Part shown: piece by piece, positions 27,611 through 37,990 of the stretch | How positions within the stretch are numbered: the first letter of the stretch is position 1 | How the letters are laid out: each line of letters begins with the position of its first letter | Assembly (NCBI GenBank): GCA_964415025.1 | Contig: CAYPXF010000001.1 | Coordinates: 78,629 to 142,628, forward strand | Length of the DNA: 64,000 bases | Reading direction: 5' to 3' | DNA from: an uncultured Gammaproteobacteria bacterium | GTDB taxonomy: Bacteria > Patescibacteriota > Patescibacteriia > UBA10025 > JAHIVO01 | The notes under the pieces: model-generated | Database searches by the model: none | The model's input: the letters and a program-made list of their open reading frames with translations, nothing else | What the model was told of the DNA's origin: nothing | Position numbers and translations under genes: made by a program

Positions 27611-28177
27611 TTATTTAGAAATAAATATTTTATCTGTCACGACAATTTTTGGCTGCTCCAGGATTGAGTACAAGAATTTATCAGTCAAGGAATTGCGATA
27701 TTCAAATTCCTTCTTAGTCATGACCGTGTAGCGGATTTCCTTATCAAAATCCTTATGAAATTTATTGACTAGGCGTTTGAGTTTTACCCGGTTGACCTTA
27801 CCGACGACTAGAATATCAGTCTGGACGTCCTGAACATTTGTAAAAATACCGGTCAGTGCCAAATATGATATTTGGCCTATGTTTTTGATATTACTGGCTA
27901 GGCTATGTTCCATGGTCAGCTGTGATTTGACGATCAATGATTTCAGCTCATGGTACAGTGTAAAATTTGTATTGACGCGGTAATATTTTTTCTGTCCTTC
28001 CTGATGTGAAATTATCAGGCCCATATCCTCCAGATTGTCCAGCTCGCGCCTGACAGAGTTAATCCGCTCTTTTATCTTGCGCGTCAGCTCCCGAACAAAA
28101 TAATTATTATCTGTATTTGTCAGAAATATCCGGAGTAATTTGACTCTGGTCCGTGAACCAAAAAGTTGTTCAAGCAT
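27611..28177 (-). CDS. winged-helix protein with a nucleotidyltransferase-like C-terminal domain
   Basis: LFGSRTRVKLL..VREL..NSVRRELDNL; TDILVVG..EIRYTVM. Confidence 0.75.
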   Translation of the reverse strand: MLEQLFGSRTRVKLLRIFLTNTDNNYFVRELTRKIKERINSVRRELDNLEDMGLIISHQEGQKKYYRVNTNFTLYHELKSLIVKSQLTMEHSLASNIKNIGQISYLALTGIFTNVQDVQTDILVVGKVNRVKLKRLVNKFHKDFDKEIRYTVMTKKEFEYRNSLTDKFLYSILEQPKIVVTDKIFISK

Positions 28178-28254
28178 GAATACGCTTCTTTACTATTTAC
28201 TATATATATATTATAATATATTTATCAAAATAGAGCAAGAAATCGTGTTTTGCA

Positions 28255-30546
28255 ATGGCACAGCTACCGTATACATACGACAAATTACTCATCTGTAATC
28301 CTGATGTCAGCCGCTCAACCTGCCAGGTATTTGTGGCGCATCAGTCACCTACCGAGGAAAAGAGCCTGGGCAAGGTTTTTTTCGTGGCTGAAATCGCTTC
28401 ACGTGACCGGATTAATCTGGATATTATTAAGAAAATCCAGGAACAGCTGCTATCGAGCTATTACCGGACTGACGATCTGAATATTGAGACAGCCTTTGAA
28501 AAAGCACTGGAAAGCACCAATCAGATCATCGCTGATATGGTCGGTGATTATGATGTCAATTGGCTGGATAAGCTTAATGCCATCGCCTTCGTGCTGAAGG
28601 ATGATGCAATATATTTCAGCACGGTCGGACATACTCATGCATTTTTAGTCCGGCAGAATAAAATCATAGACATCCTGCGGACAACTGAAAATGGCGCGGC
28701 CGCCCATGAAAAAATCAATCCGCTTAAGGCGTTTTCGAATATAATCAGCGGCCCCCTGCAGACAGAGGATACGCTTGTATTAACCACGCCCAACTTACTC
28801 GACTACTTATCCCAGGAAAAACTGCGCCGGATTGTCCAGGAGCACAGCGCTGGCCAGTCAGTGCGCATGATAGATAACCTGCTCTCCGAAAATACTACCA
28901 ATACTGCTTTTAGCGCGGTTATTATTAAGATGGAGCCAGTAAATCAGGAGCAGCGGTCTCCGGCCAATATTAGCGTGGCTACGCAACCTGCCCGGACACA
29001 GCCAACTATTCCTGCTGCACGGGATACTGAATCATCCATGTCAGATCTGCTACAAAAAAAAGAACAAACAGGTGACGTGCTGGCGCCCTCATTGAGCAAG
29101 CATCTCGGTGCCCTGATCAAAAAAACGTTTGAACGTTGCGGAACATTTATTCGACTCAAACTGCTGCGCCAATCAGCCCGTCGTGTCCGTTTTCAGCAGC
29201 AGATGCGAGCCGCGGCCGATCGTGAACAGCCCGCCGTTGCAACACGCACCAAGCCGCTGTTAAAAAACATGAAGGCAACCATGAAAAAAGCCGCGGCAAC
29301 TTCTGGCAAAGGCGCGCGGCTACTGTCCCAAGCCGCCAAAAAAACAGGAAAAGTATCGCGGCAAACCTCACCACGCTCTCTATCAGCAAAAGCTGATCAG
29401 TACATTAACTCCCTAAAAAGACTGCCAAAAATAAGCAAGCTGCTGTTGCTATTGGTACTGATCGTTGCTTTTGTGTTAGCACAAGGTATTTTTAGTTCTG
29501 CGCAATCAAAGCAGTCAGCACAAGAACTCATCGTGCACACCCAGACAATTTCTGATATTTCAGAAAAAATACTAAAGGCCGAAGCGGCGCTGTCGTACGG
29601 TAATGAAGATGGGGCCAAGGAACTGCTGACTGAAGCGCAGGAGCTGCTCGCGTCATTTCCAGACGATGACGAAAGTACCGCCGAAAAACGTGCCGAGCTG
29701 TCCCAGGATATAGACGCGCAGTTTGCGCGTACGCGGCATATTGTGGTATCTGCCCCACGGGACATAGCCGATTTATCAGAATTTGAAACCGATATTACAG
29801 CGCGATCGCTGGTCTATCTGCCAAATAACACCCTGGTTACAGTGAACCCCTCAACAAACACCATCTATACCACTGACAGCGACAGCGGCGAAACAACCTC
29901 ATCTGACCAGTCAGACCACCCGCGGGCATTGCAATACGTCACCGCAAAAGGAACAAGCAGTACGGTGCTGATGGATACCGGCCTCAAGCTGTCTGAATTT
30001 AACACAACCGATGACAATTTTTCTTCGCTCACCTTTAATCTAGAACAAAGCGATCCGAACATAGCCAGCATCGCGCTTTACGATACCAGACTATACTTGC
30101 TGGATATAAAGAATAATCAAATTTACCGCTCATTTGGCGCCGGCAGTGGCTATGGCACGCCAGTAGAATGGAAAACAGATGACACTGACCTGACCAGCGC
30201 CGTCAGTATGGCGATTGACGGTAATATTTATGTACTGCGTAGTGATGGAGGGGTTATCAAGTTGTTCCAGGGACAGCGACTGGATTGGTCAATAGCACCC
30301 ATCGATCCGGCCTTAACCAATGGCGATGCCATCTGGACTAATTCCGAGACTGACAAGCTGTACATCCTCGATGCTAAAGGCAGACGGGTGCTCGAATTCT
30401 CGAAAGAGTCTGGCTCCCTCGTCAACCAATATACCGCCGATGTATTCAGTGTCATGCATGACATCGCCGCATCGCCAGAGGACGGTGAACTGTATGTCCT
30501 GAACAATACGGTATTATACGGCGTGGAACTGCTGCCGCAATCATAA
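28255..30546 (+). CDS. membrane protein: degenerate PP2C-like N-domain, TM, extracellular beta-propeller
   Basis: FSTVGHTHAFLVR, GPLQTEDTLVLTT; TM near aa 395-413; repeated LYLLD/IYVL/LYILD blades. Confidence 0.7.
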   Translation: MAQLPYTYDKLLICNPDVSRSTCQVFVAHQSPTEEKSLGKVFFVAEIASRDRINLDIIKKIQEQLLSSYYRTDDLNIETAFEKALESTNQIIADMVGDYDVNWLDKLNAIAFVLKDDAIYFSTVGHTHAFLVRQNKIIDILRTTENGAAAHEKINPLKAFSNIISGPLQTEDTLVLTTPNLLDYLSQEKLRRIVQEHSAGQSVRMIDNLLSENTTNTAFSAVIIKMEPVNQEQRSPANISVATQPARTQPTIPAARDTESSMSDLLQKKEQTGDVLAPSLSKHLGALIKKTFERCGTFIRLKLLRQSARRVRFQQQMRAAADREQPAVATRTKPLLKNMKATMKKAAATSGKGARLLSQAAKKTGKVSRQTSPRSLSAKADQYINSLKRLPKISKLLLLLVLIVAFVLAQGIFSSAQSKQSAQELIVHTQTISDISEKILKAEAALSYGNEDGAKELLTEAQELLASFPDDDESTAEKRAELSQDIDAQFARTRHIVVSAPRDIADLSEFETDITARSLVYLPNNTLVTVNPSTNTIYTTDSDSGETTSSDQSDHPRALQYVTAKGTSSTVLMDTGLKLSEFNTTDDNFSSLTFNLEQSDPNIASIALYDTRLYLLDIKNNQIYRSFGAGSGYGTPVEWKTDDTDLTSAVSMAIDGNIYVLRSDGGVIKLFQGQRLDWSIAPIDPALTNGDAIWTNSETDKLYILDAKGRRVLEFSKESGSLVNQYTADVFSVMHDIAASPEDGELYVLNNTVLYGVELLPQS

Positions 30547-30597
30547 CAAACAAAAAACCATCCGGACGTATTACTGGATGGTTTTTTGTTTGGAAAT

Positions 30598-31068
30598 CTA
30601 TTTGAGGTTTACTTTGGCACCTGCTTCTTCGAGTTTTTTCTTCAGCTCTTCTGCTTCCTCTTTAGTCGCGCCTTCCTTGATAACCTTAGGAGCGCCATCG
30701 ACCATGTCTTTTGCTTCTTTCAGGCCTTTTTCCGTAATTTCGCGCACAACCTTAATCACGGCAATCTTGTTCGAGCCTGCTTCTGCCAGCTCGATGTCAA
30801 ACGAAGACTTCTCTTCGCCGCCTTCTTCACCGCCGCCAGCCGGAGCCGCGCCGGCAACCGCCACTGGCGCCTGGGCAGACACACCGAATTTATCTTCGAG
30901 TACTTTTACCAGTTCAGCCAGCTCCATCACGGTCAGCTTTTCGATCTGGTCTACCAAGTCCTTGAACTTGGCCGGGACTTCGGCAGCTTCCTTTTTTTCT
31001 TCTGCTGCGTCGTCTTTTTTATCCTCGGCTGCTTCTGGAGCAGCTTCCTTTTTTTCTTCGTCAGCCAT
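30598..31068 (-). CDS. rplL: 50S ribosomal protein L7/L12
   Basis: [35 protein letters not shown]. Confidence 0.98.
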   Translation of the reverse strand: MADEEKKEAAPEAAEDKKDDAAEEKKEAAEVPAKFKDLVDQIEKLTVMELAELVKVLEDKFGVSAQAPVAVAGAAPAGGGEEGGEEKSSFDIELAEAGSNKIAVIKVVREITEKGLKEAKDMVDGAPKVIKEGATKEEAEELKKKLEEAGAKVNLK

Positions 31069-31100
31069 AGTATTGATATGTTTACTTATTTATTAGTATA

Positions 31101-31625
31101 TTAGTCTTTTGATTCTTTGATAGCGTTCAGCGCGTATACGAGATTGCGCATCGATCCTGCCAGCACGTTCACCAATCCACTCACCGGATAGTTGATAAGC
31201 CATACTAGTTTTGCTTGGAGCTCTTCCTTGCCAGGTAATTGCGCCAGCGCGGTCACTTCTTCTGCATCGATAAATTTTCCCTGATAAATTCCACCGATTA
31301 ATTTGACTGCCTCATGTTTTTTGGCGAATGTATATAGGATTTTCGCCGGCAATACTTCATCCCCATACCCAAAAGCAGTGCCAAGTCCTCCCTCAAGCCG
31401 GGATATATCAATCGCTCCCATGTCTGCTTGTTTCAGTGCCAGTGCCAGAAGCGTCCGTTTAGCCACGGTATAATCAATGCCCTGCTCACGCAGCTGGGCG
31501 CGCAGTTCATTAGCTTTATCTACACTTAATCCCTCAAAATTAGTGAAAATAACAGACTTTGTTTTTCCTAATTTATCAGTCAGTGTTTTAACTATTTCTT
31601 CTTTTTGTTGCTTGGTTTTAGCCAT
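31101..31625 (-). CDS. rplJ: 50S ribosomal protein L10
   Basis: GLSV..LRAQLR, VAKRTL, LAQLPGKEEL. Confidence 0.97.
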   Translation of the reverse strand: MAKTKQQKEEIVKTLTDKLGKTKSVIFTNFEGLSVDKANELRAQLREQGIDYTVAKRTLLALALKQADMGAIDISRLEGGLGTAFGYGDEVLPAKILYTFAKKHEAVKLIGGIYQGKFIDAEEVTALAQLPGKEELQAKLVWLINYPVSGLVNVLAGSMRNLVYALNAIKESKD

Positions 31626-31629
31626 AGGT

Positions 31630-31770
31630 TTAAAAAAATCTGCGGATTAATACCACAGACTTGTATGTGTCTACTCTAGCTTGCTACCTTACTAACTCGA
31701 CAGCTCGCTAGTTTTTACCTCGGCAGGATTTATGAAGCCTTTGCTACACCTGCTGTCTGTGGTGATAAGA
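31630..31770 (-). promoter_or_regulatory. L10 leader (ribosomal protein autoregulatory RNA) with terminator-like hairpin
   Basis: AGACAGCAGG...AAATCCTGCCGAGG core; TCTGTGG/CCGCAGA + T7 before rplJ. Confidence 0.8.
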
Positions 31771-31828
31771 TTGTATTATCCCCAGTATAGCAGACAAAAA
31801 AACACTGTCAAGCCGTGCCCGCTATGTA

Positions 31829-32149
31829 TTACGCTGCCGATGAATCCGGCGTCGACGAATATGAATCTGCCAGGCGGGCAGCCAGCTGCGTTACATCCAC
31901 CTGGTTTCTGGCAAGTGTCCCGACCTGATCACGGATAATTACCAGCTGTGGCTCCTGTATTGTTTGGTCTGATTCATGTTCGAGGCGTGTGGCAATCAAC
32001 ATATGCAAATGCTGCGGGGTCAGCCCAGTCTCTATTTCAGAAAAAAGTTTCTCAATAATGGCTTGGAAATGTTCCGCTATTGCTTGTCTTTCCGCGGATT
32101 GTTCTGCCTGAACAAACGGCAGTTCAAATTGTGGTGGCGTTTCCCGCAT
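31829..32149 (-). CDS. hypothetical protein
   Basis: ORF 3 bp downstream of pyrH. Confidence 0.6.
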   Translation of the reverse strand: MRETPPQFELPFVQAEQSAERQAIAEHFQAIIEKLFSEIETGLTPQHLHMLIATRLEHESDQTIQEPQLVIIRDQVGTLARNQVDVTQLAARLADSYSSTPDSSAA

Positions 32150-32152
32150 AGG

Positions 32153-32836
32153 CTAACTAATGCGTGTGCCTTTATACGAATTATTTAGAACAATATTTTC
32201 AATATTTTTTAAATACGTGCCATTGCAGATAATTGCTTCGAGATTAATAGTTTTGGCAACCTTGGACGCTTCGGGGTCAAACGGCACGTGCGCGCCCGGC
32301 CGCCAGGTAGGGCCGGTCAGCTGCAATAATTCATGCCATGACATGTGTTTTATAGATTTGGCATTTTCGTCCTTATTTGGATCTGCTGTATACACGTAAT
32401 CAATATTACTCATGTTAATAATACGCTTAGCAGAAAATGTTTTAGCCAGCAGCACTGCGTCCTTGTCAGACGAACATCCCGGTTTCCAGCCGCTGCCGAT
32501 CAGTACTTTTTTCGCCGTCCTGATTTTTTTCGTCGGATTATGCAGTACTGATGCGTAGGCCATACGTCCGAACATTGAGCGTACTAATTCAGCATTGAGT
32601 TTAGTCGCCGCAATACCGATCCAGTCGAGATCAGGTGCTGATGTCTGTGAAGCGACCTTTTTGGCTGCCTGCTGATACGTCCGGGCAGTATCCCCGCCGC
32701 CGGTAACAATGATAAAACGATAACCGCGCCGAGACAACCGAACGATTAATGACTTAAATCGTTTTAAATAATTTATGTTAACCTTGTCAGGGACAATTAT
32801 TGACCCGCCCAGAGAGAGAACAATGGTTTTAATCAT
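32153..32836 (-). CDS. pyrH: UMP kinase (archaeal type)
   Basis: SLGGS, VTGGG, DWIGIAATKLNA, PGCSSD, DPNK, FDPEAS. Confidence 0.95.
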   Translation of the reverse strand: MIKTIVLSLGGSIIVPDKVNINYLKRFKSLIVRLSRRGYRFIIVTGGGDTARTYQQAAKKVASQTSAPDLDWIGIAATKLNAELVRSMFGRMAYASVLHNPTKKIRTAKKVLIGSGWKPGCSSDKDAVLLAKTFSAKRIINMSNIDYVYTADPNKDENAKSIKHMSWHELLQLTGPTWRPGAHVPFDPEASKVAKTINLEAIICNGTYLKNIENIVLNNSYKGTRIS

Positions 32837-32932
32837 AGATTAATATTGACAATATCAGTACCATGCTATAGTATAGCATAACAAAAGTATTACTGTCGCG
32901 TACATAATAATTGAACGTATTGGGGAGGAATT

Positions 32933-33352
32933 ATGTCGCAGCGCACTTTACCATTTATTGTTACTCCTGAAACATTCCACCTGCTCCAGATCGGGGATAT
33001 TGTTACTGTTGAGTTCGAAGATCCAGATGATAAAGGCAATTGCCACTATCATTGTGGTGAAGTACACCGGTGTTTTATCATCCGTACTGGCACAGGGCCT
33101 CGGCGGGTAAAGCCAGGACAACCAGGCAGTATTTTCTTCGATCTCGATGTTAATGCTATCGGCCGGGACAAAAGAAACAATAACCATACCACCTTTACCT
33201 GGCAGAATAGTACACAAAAATGGTTCAGCTGTATAGGCTATAACACGCTTAGCACCATCACAGTCATCGGTCATATGAACAACCTACCGATCGATCTGAT
33301 AACAAAAATACCCGTCAGATTGGCAGATATGGGCGATCCGTACGAACTGTAA
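32933..33352 (+). CDS. hypothetical protein
   Basis: TTGACA/TATAGT promoter, SD GGAGG, terminator 33370-33393. Confidence 0.7.
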   Translation: MSQRTLPFIVTPETFHLLQIGDIVTVEFEDPDDKGNCHYHCGEVHRCFIIRTGTGPRRVKPGQPGSIFFDLDVNAIGRDKRNNNHTTFTWQNSTQKWFSCIGYNTLSTITVIGHMNNLPIDLITKIPVRLADMGDPYEL

Positions 33353-33391
33353 TCAAACGCACACTACAGACCCCGCGGTTTCCGTGGGGTT

Positions 33392-34447
33392 TTATTGTAA
33401 GTATTTTTGCTTGTTTGCCACGTGTTCCTGAAACGTCCTGCTGAACACGATCGAACCATCATCATTAATCCGGTGCAGGAAATACATGTAATCCGTATCA
33501 GCCGGATAAACCGCTGCCTTGATGGCTTCGAGCGATGGATTACCGATTGGTCCGGGCGGCAATCCTCGATTTCGGTATGTATTATACGGGCTCTCTGCTG
33601 CCAAATCTGCCGCAGTCGGCTGCGGACGGTCACCTTTTGTCACATAATTGACGGTGGCGTCCGACTCCAGGGCAATACCGTTGTTCAGCCGGTTATAAAA
33701 TATGCCGGCGACAATATAATGGTCATTATTAATAGGTTCCCCGTCTTTGCGTTCTATATTAACTTCGTTCTCGATGATAGACGCCAGTGTGACAATCTGA
33801 TGTATGTCCATATTGCTGGCGGCGGCATCGAGTGCCATCTGCTCGGTGAATTTATTGCCGAAGTTATTGAGCATGCGCTCAATAATATCCGCGGTTTCAG
33901 CCGTCTCAAAAATACGATAGGTGTCAGGGAATAAATACCCCTCCAGCCCCTGGCCATCCGGTTTGTCGGCCAAAAAATCATATGTCTTACCCGGGATAAT
34001 ATCGCGCGAATCATTGAGTGACGCCCCTTCGACGAACGAATCCTTGGACACGACTCCTTCCTGCTCCAGATACTCGCCTATCTCTTCGGTAGTCCATCCC
34101 TCGAGAATAGTAATGCTGCGTTCGGCCGCGGTATTACCCGACTTAAGCGCGCTGACCACCTCGCGCATGTTCATATCCGGCCGCAAGCTGTACGTACCGG
34201 CGATAAAATCAGATTCTGACCCCTCCAGATACACGTACCATTCAAACCAATACGCGCTGCGGATCAGGCCCTGCTTTTCCAGATTGTCAGCGATCTCTTT
34301 TACCCCTTGACCAGATGTAATTTGGTACAAAACCGTCTCATCAGATGAACCCGCCGGCAGACTTACCTGATTCCAAAAATAGAGCCCGGCAAGTAGCGCG
34401 GCTCCGATAAGCATAAAAACGATAATGAGGATGATTTTTTTGGACAT
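33392..34447 (-). CDS. mltG: endolytic transglycosylase
   Basis: EGYLFPDTY, LASIIENE, LESDATV, SPYNTY..GLPPGPI. Confidence 0.95.
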   Translation of the reverse strand: MSKKIILIIVFMLIGAALLAGLYFWNQVSLPAGSSDETVLYQITSGQGVKEIADNLEKQGLIRSAYWFEWYVYLEGSESDFIAGTYSLRPDMNMREVVSALKSGNTAAERSITILEGWTTEEIGEYLEQEGVVSKDSFVEGASLNDSRDIIPGKTYDFLADKPDGQGLEGYLFPDTYRIFETAETADIIERMLNNFGNKFTEQMALDAAASNMDIHQIVTLASIIENEVNIERKDGEPINNDHYIVAGIFYNRLNNGIALESDATVNYVTKGDRPQPTAADLAAESPYNTYRNRGLPPGPIGNPSLEAIKAAVYPADTDYMYFLHRINDDGSIVFSRTFQEHVANKQKYLQ

Positions 34448-34457
34448 TCGGGTTGGG

Positions 34458-35534
34458 TTAGAGGTATTTATTCTTTTTCTTCTTATCTAATGTTTCGACA
34501 ATTTTTTTCACGTCCTGGGCGCGGTCTTTCGGACAAACCAGCAGGGCATCATCTGTTTCAATCACGATCATATTTTCCAGTCCGGCTGTGGCGATCAGTT
34601 TGCCCGAATAGCTATACAGAAGATTATCACGCGAATCAATACTCACGATTGTACCACGTTCCACATTATCTGTCTCGCGCCGGGCCAGAATATCCTTGAC
34701 CGTCCGCCAATTCCCGACGTCGGCCCAGTCAAAGCTCGCCGGTATCACGGCAATGTGCTTCGTCTTTTCCATAATCCCGTAATCTATGGAAATTGATTTG
34801 AATTTCTTATACTCGCGCTGTACCGCCTGCTTCTCGCGGCTGGTACCCAGGATCGGCTGGAGTCTTTTCATAATCGCGTAGTGTTGTGGCAGGTGCTGCC
34901 GGAACAAGGCATGCAGCTGTTCTACGTGCCAGCAAAAAATACCCGAGTTCCATAAATAATCCCAGGAACGTACATATTTTTTAGCCGTGGTCAGATCCGG
35001 CTTTTCGACAAACCGCTGTCCGTAAAATATTTCATCATTACCGATCTGCTCGAAGACTTTGTTTATCTTGATATAGCCGTATCCCGTTTCCGGATACGTG
35101 GGTCTGATGCCGATCACAAACGTATAGCTCGGATGCTGCTGAACCATGCGATCCGCCAGCTTTAACAATCGACTGTACTCTCTCACGTCTTTTATATAGT
35201 GGTCGGCATTGGCCATGATCATGGTCTCCTGCGGATCGATCTTGGCTAATCGTGCCGCCGCCAGACCAATAGCCGCGGCCGTATCGCGCTTTTCAGTTTC
35301 CAGGATAAAATTACCGCGTTTGAGCTCCGGTACCTGGCGCTTCAGAGCCGGATAGAGCTTGTAATTAGTAGAAATAAAAATATCCTTGTCAGGCACCGCT
35401 TTTCTGATGCGTCGATAGGTTGCCTCCAGTAACGTTCTGTCGCCGATCAGCGGCTGGCTCTGCTTTGGTTTAGTTTTTCGCGAAACGGGCCACAGCCGCG
35501 TCCCTCCTCCGCCCGCGAGTATAACTATCTTCAT
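34458..35534 (-). CDS. manC: mannose-1-phosphate guanylyltransferase
   Basis: LAGGGGTRLWPVSR..PKQ, ETGYGYI, FVEKP, WNSG, SIDYGIME. Confidence 0.93.
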   Translation of the reverse strand: MKIVILAGGGGTRLWPVSRKTKPKQSQPLIGDRTLLEATYRRIRKAVPDKDIFISTNYKLYPALKRQVPELKRGNFILETEKRDTAAAIGLAAARLAKIDPQETMIMANADHYIKDVREYSRLLKLADRMVQQHPSYTFVIGIRPTYPETGYGYIKINKVFEQIGNDEIFYGQRFVEKPDLTTAKKYVRSWDYLWNSGIFCWHVEQLHALFRQHLPQHYAIMKRLQPILGTSREKQAVQREYKKFKSISIDYGIMEKTKHIAVIPASFDWADVGNWRTVKDILARRETDNVERGTIVSIDSRDNLLYSYSGKLIATAGLENMIVIETDDALLVCPKDRAQDVKKIVETLDKKKKNKYL

Positions 35535-35603
35535 AATTAGTAATTGATTATTGGTACATTATGAATTGATTCGGAATAGTAATTGGTAATTAGAAATTTA
35601 TAT

Positions 35604-36236
35604 TTATTCTCCCCATTCTTTCGGTACCAACGGTACGAACTGAAATCCTGGAAATTTTTTCTCCTGATAATCCGTCTCCGACTTTTTATCTACCTGCACC
35701 ATTTCCTGCTCGTATTTACCGACCGGAATGACCAAGCGTCCGCCGATAGCCAGCTGCTGCAACAGTACGTCTGGTATGCCTATCTCAGCAGCCGCGGCTA
35801 CAATTATTTTATCATAGGGCGCATTTTTTTTATATCCCTTTGTGCCGTCTCCGGTAATAAACTCTACATTTGTGTAGCCGTATGTTTTGACATTTGCTTC
35901 GCCAAACCGTTTCAGATCCGGGACGCGTTCGATGGCAATTACTTTACCTTCTGGCCCTACCAGCTCTGCCAGCAGTGCTGTCTGCCATCCTGACCCAGAA
36001 CCCACGTCTAAAATTTTATCTCCTGTTTTCGGCTGCAGCAGCTCGAGCATAAAGGCGACTGTCAGGGGCTGTGAAATCGTCTGGCCATACTCGAGGGGCA
36101 GGGGCGCGTTCACATGTGACTGGTCTTTCATCTGTTCAGTGACAAAATCAGATCGCTTCACTTTGCGAAAAGCCTTGATAATACGCTCGGACTTGAGATA
36201 GCCCTCGTCGATTAATTGTTGCACTAATTCCTCCAT
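35604..36236 (-). CDS. pcm: protein-L-isoaspartate O-methyltransferase
   Basis: GQTISQP, DVGSGSGWQTA, APYDKI, FVPL. Confidence 0.95.
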   Translation of the reverse strand: MEELVQQLIDEGYLKSERIIKAFRKVKRSDFVTEQMKDQSHVNAPLPLEYGQTISQPLTVAFMLELLQPKTGDKILDVGSGSGWQTALLAELVGPEGKVIAIERVPDLKRFGEANVKTYGYTNVEFITGDGTKGYKKNAPYDKIIVAAAAEIGIPDVLLQQLAIGGRLVIPVGKYEQEMVQVDKKSETDYQEKKFPGFQFVPLVPKEWGE

Positions 36237-36340
36237 ATTGATTTTTTTATTACTATGTGATATACTTATAGGGTAAGGGCGCAATCGGCCCTTATTTTAT
36301 TGTGCTGAAAATTGCACCAAAAACAAAAAGTAAAAACAAA

Positions 36341-37036
36341 ATGAAAATCAAATTGTGGCGACGTTTTTTCGGTGTGGCGGCAGCCTGTTCCGGCATGCTG
36401 CTCCTGGCCTCCCCTGGAGTCGCCCAGACACAACCCATCACTCCGGACGATATCTATACCCGCATTAATAACGTGCGAGCTGTCAACCATCTCAATGCAT
36501 TATCCCGTAATGCCGCTCTGGCGCGCGCGGCCCACCTGCGTGCCGCTGATATGACTGCGCGTGGCTATTTTTCGCATACCAGTCCCGACGGTGACATGCC
36601 CTGGGACGTGGCGCTGCGGGCTGGCTATGACTATGAACTCATCGGCGAAAACCTGGCCATTGACTGGCTGCGTCCAGATGATGTCATCACTGCCTGGCTC
36701 GACAGTAGCACCCACCGTGAAAATATCATGAAGCCAGCGTATACTGAAACCGGCATTGCCGTCACCTGCCAGTCCGCTGGCTGCTTAATCGTCCAGCTGT
36801 TCGGTAACCGTGCTGCTATCGCACCGCCAACACCCCAACAAAATATTACGGTAGTAAAAGAGCCTTTCCCGGCTACTCCCAGTATACCAAATTCATCACC
36901 CGGAGAAAAATCTGCGGTTCTAGGCAGTACTATTATAAAACAGAACTCCCCTGTTTTGTCCGTGCGCGATCGCTACCCGAACTGCATTGCTTTTAGTTAT
37001 TACCCAGTCGCACTTGGAGTTTACATGTTGCAATAA
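36341..37036 (+). CDS. secreted CAP (SCP) domain protein
   Basis: Signal peptide; GYFSHTSPDG, GENLA, WLDSSTHRENIM. Confidence 0.9.
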   Translation: MKIKLWRRFFGVAAACSGMLLLASPGVAQTQPITPDDIYTRINNVRAVNHLNALSRNAALARAAHLRAADMTARGYFSHTSPDGDMPWDVALRAGYDYELIGENLAIDWLRPDDVITAWLDSSTHRENIMKPAYTETGIAVTCQSAGCLIVQLFGNRAAIAPPTPQQNITVVKEPFPATPSIPNSSPGEKSAVLGSTIIKQNSPVLSVRDRYPNCIAFSYYPVALGVYMLQ

Positions 37037-37108
37037 TCTCAAATATGAATATGGATTGCTAACCGCTGTTATCGGCGGTTTTTTAGTAAATGCACGCATT
37101 AGAATAAT

Positions 37109-37346
37109 TTGACACTTTTAACAATGCTGATAAAATTAACTAATCGCAAAAATTAAGTAAAAACAAACATCGAGAATATGGAGGATGGTTGTTTTCTAAT
37201 ATGCCTACATACTATTCCAACGCCAATAATCTAATCAAATATTTAGCCATGCCTGGCAAGGATATGGATTGTGGCCCTCATCGCAATCCCGTGTTTACCA
37301 GACATGGTCGATAATCAGCCGCGCACTGTTGTCGGTTGATTTTTTT
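37109..37346 (+). promoter_or_regulatory. promoter and structured leader with premature terminator
   Basis: TTGACA..TAAAAT; long hairpin 37246-37308; AATCAGCCG/CGGTTGATT + T-run. Confidence 0.6.
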
Positions 37347-37378
37347 ATTATCTTTCATCTTGAAAGGGGGTGACAAAC

Positions 37379-37927
37379 ATGAAAAAAATTCTCGTATCCA
37401 TGCTTACCATTGCTTTTGTCGGCGCACTGTCTGTCGGTGCTACTAGCGCTGTATTTACCAGCCAGGCGACGGTAGAGGACAACACGTTCGCGACTGGTAC
37501 ACTCGAAGTACGGGTTAACGGTCAATCCAGCATCGACGGATTTGATTTTGACAATGCCGCACCAGGCGACTGCTATGACGGCCAGTTCACCGTCAATAAC
37601 TACGGTGCGCCATGGTTTGCCGGTCCGTCAACACTTGACGCCAACACCCTGACTGTCAGCGCCGTACAGGACGGCGGCAGTACCTATCTCTTCGATAAGC
37701 TGGAGATTGATGTCAACGCTAACCGCGGCTGGCCTACGGCCATGGACGTCTACGACGGCTCACTGTCTGGTCTGACCAGCGCTGATCTGCTAGCTCCGCG
37801 CTGGAGCAGTCTGGTTCCTGGTAATTCCGAGGATGTCTACTACGAAGTATGCCTCCCGGCTGACGCTGACGACTCATATCAGGGTCTGAGCACAACCTTT
37901 GATTTTATGGTTGATGCGACTACCTAG
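37379..37927 (+). CDS. TasA/CalY (camelysin, M73) family protein with SipW-type signal peptide
   Basis: GATSAVFTSQATVEDNTFATGTL, AAPGD, ADDSYQG..FDF. Confidence 0.85.
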   Translation: MKKILVSMLTIAFVGALSVGATSAVFTSQATVEDNTFATGTLEVRVNGQSSIDGFDFDNAAPGDCYDGQFTVNNYGAPWFAGPSTLDANTLTVSAVQDGGSTYLFDKLEIDVNANRGWPTAMDVYDGSLSGLTSADLLAPRWSSLVPGNSEDVYYEVCLPADADDSYQGLSTTFDFMVDATT

Positions 37928-37990
37928 TATGGGATGAAGTCTTTTAGGCTGTTTATCCTGAAGATAAACAGCCACCTAAGGTTTTATAAT

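Noticed and set aside
30578-31104. Two 172-aa + strand ORFs
   Set aside because: Antisense shadows of rplL
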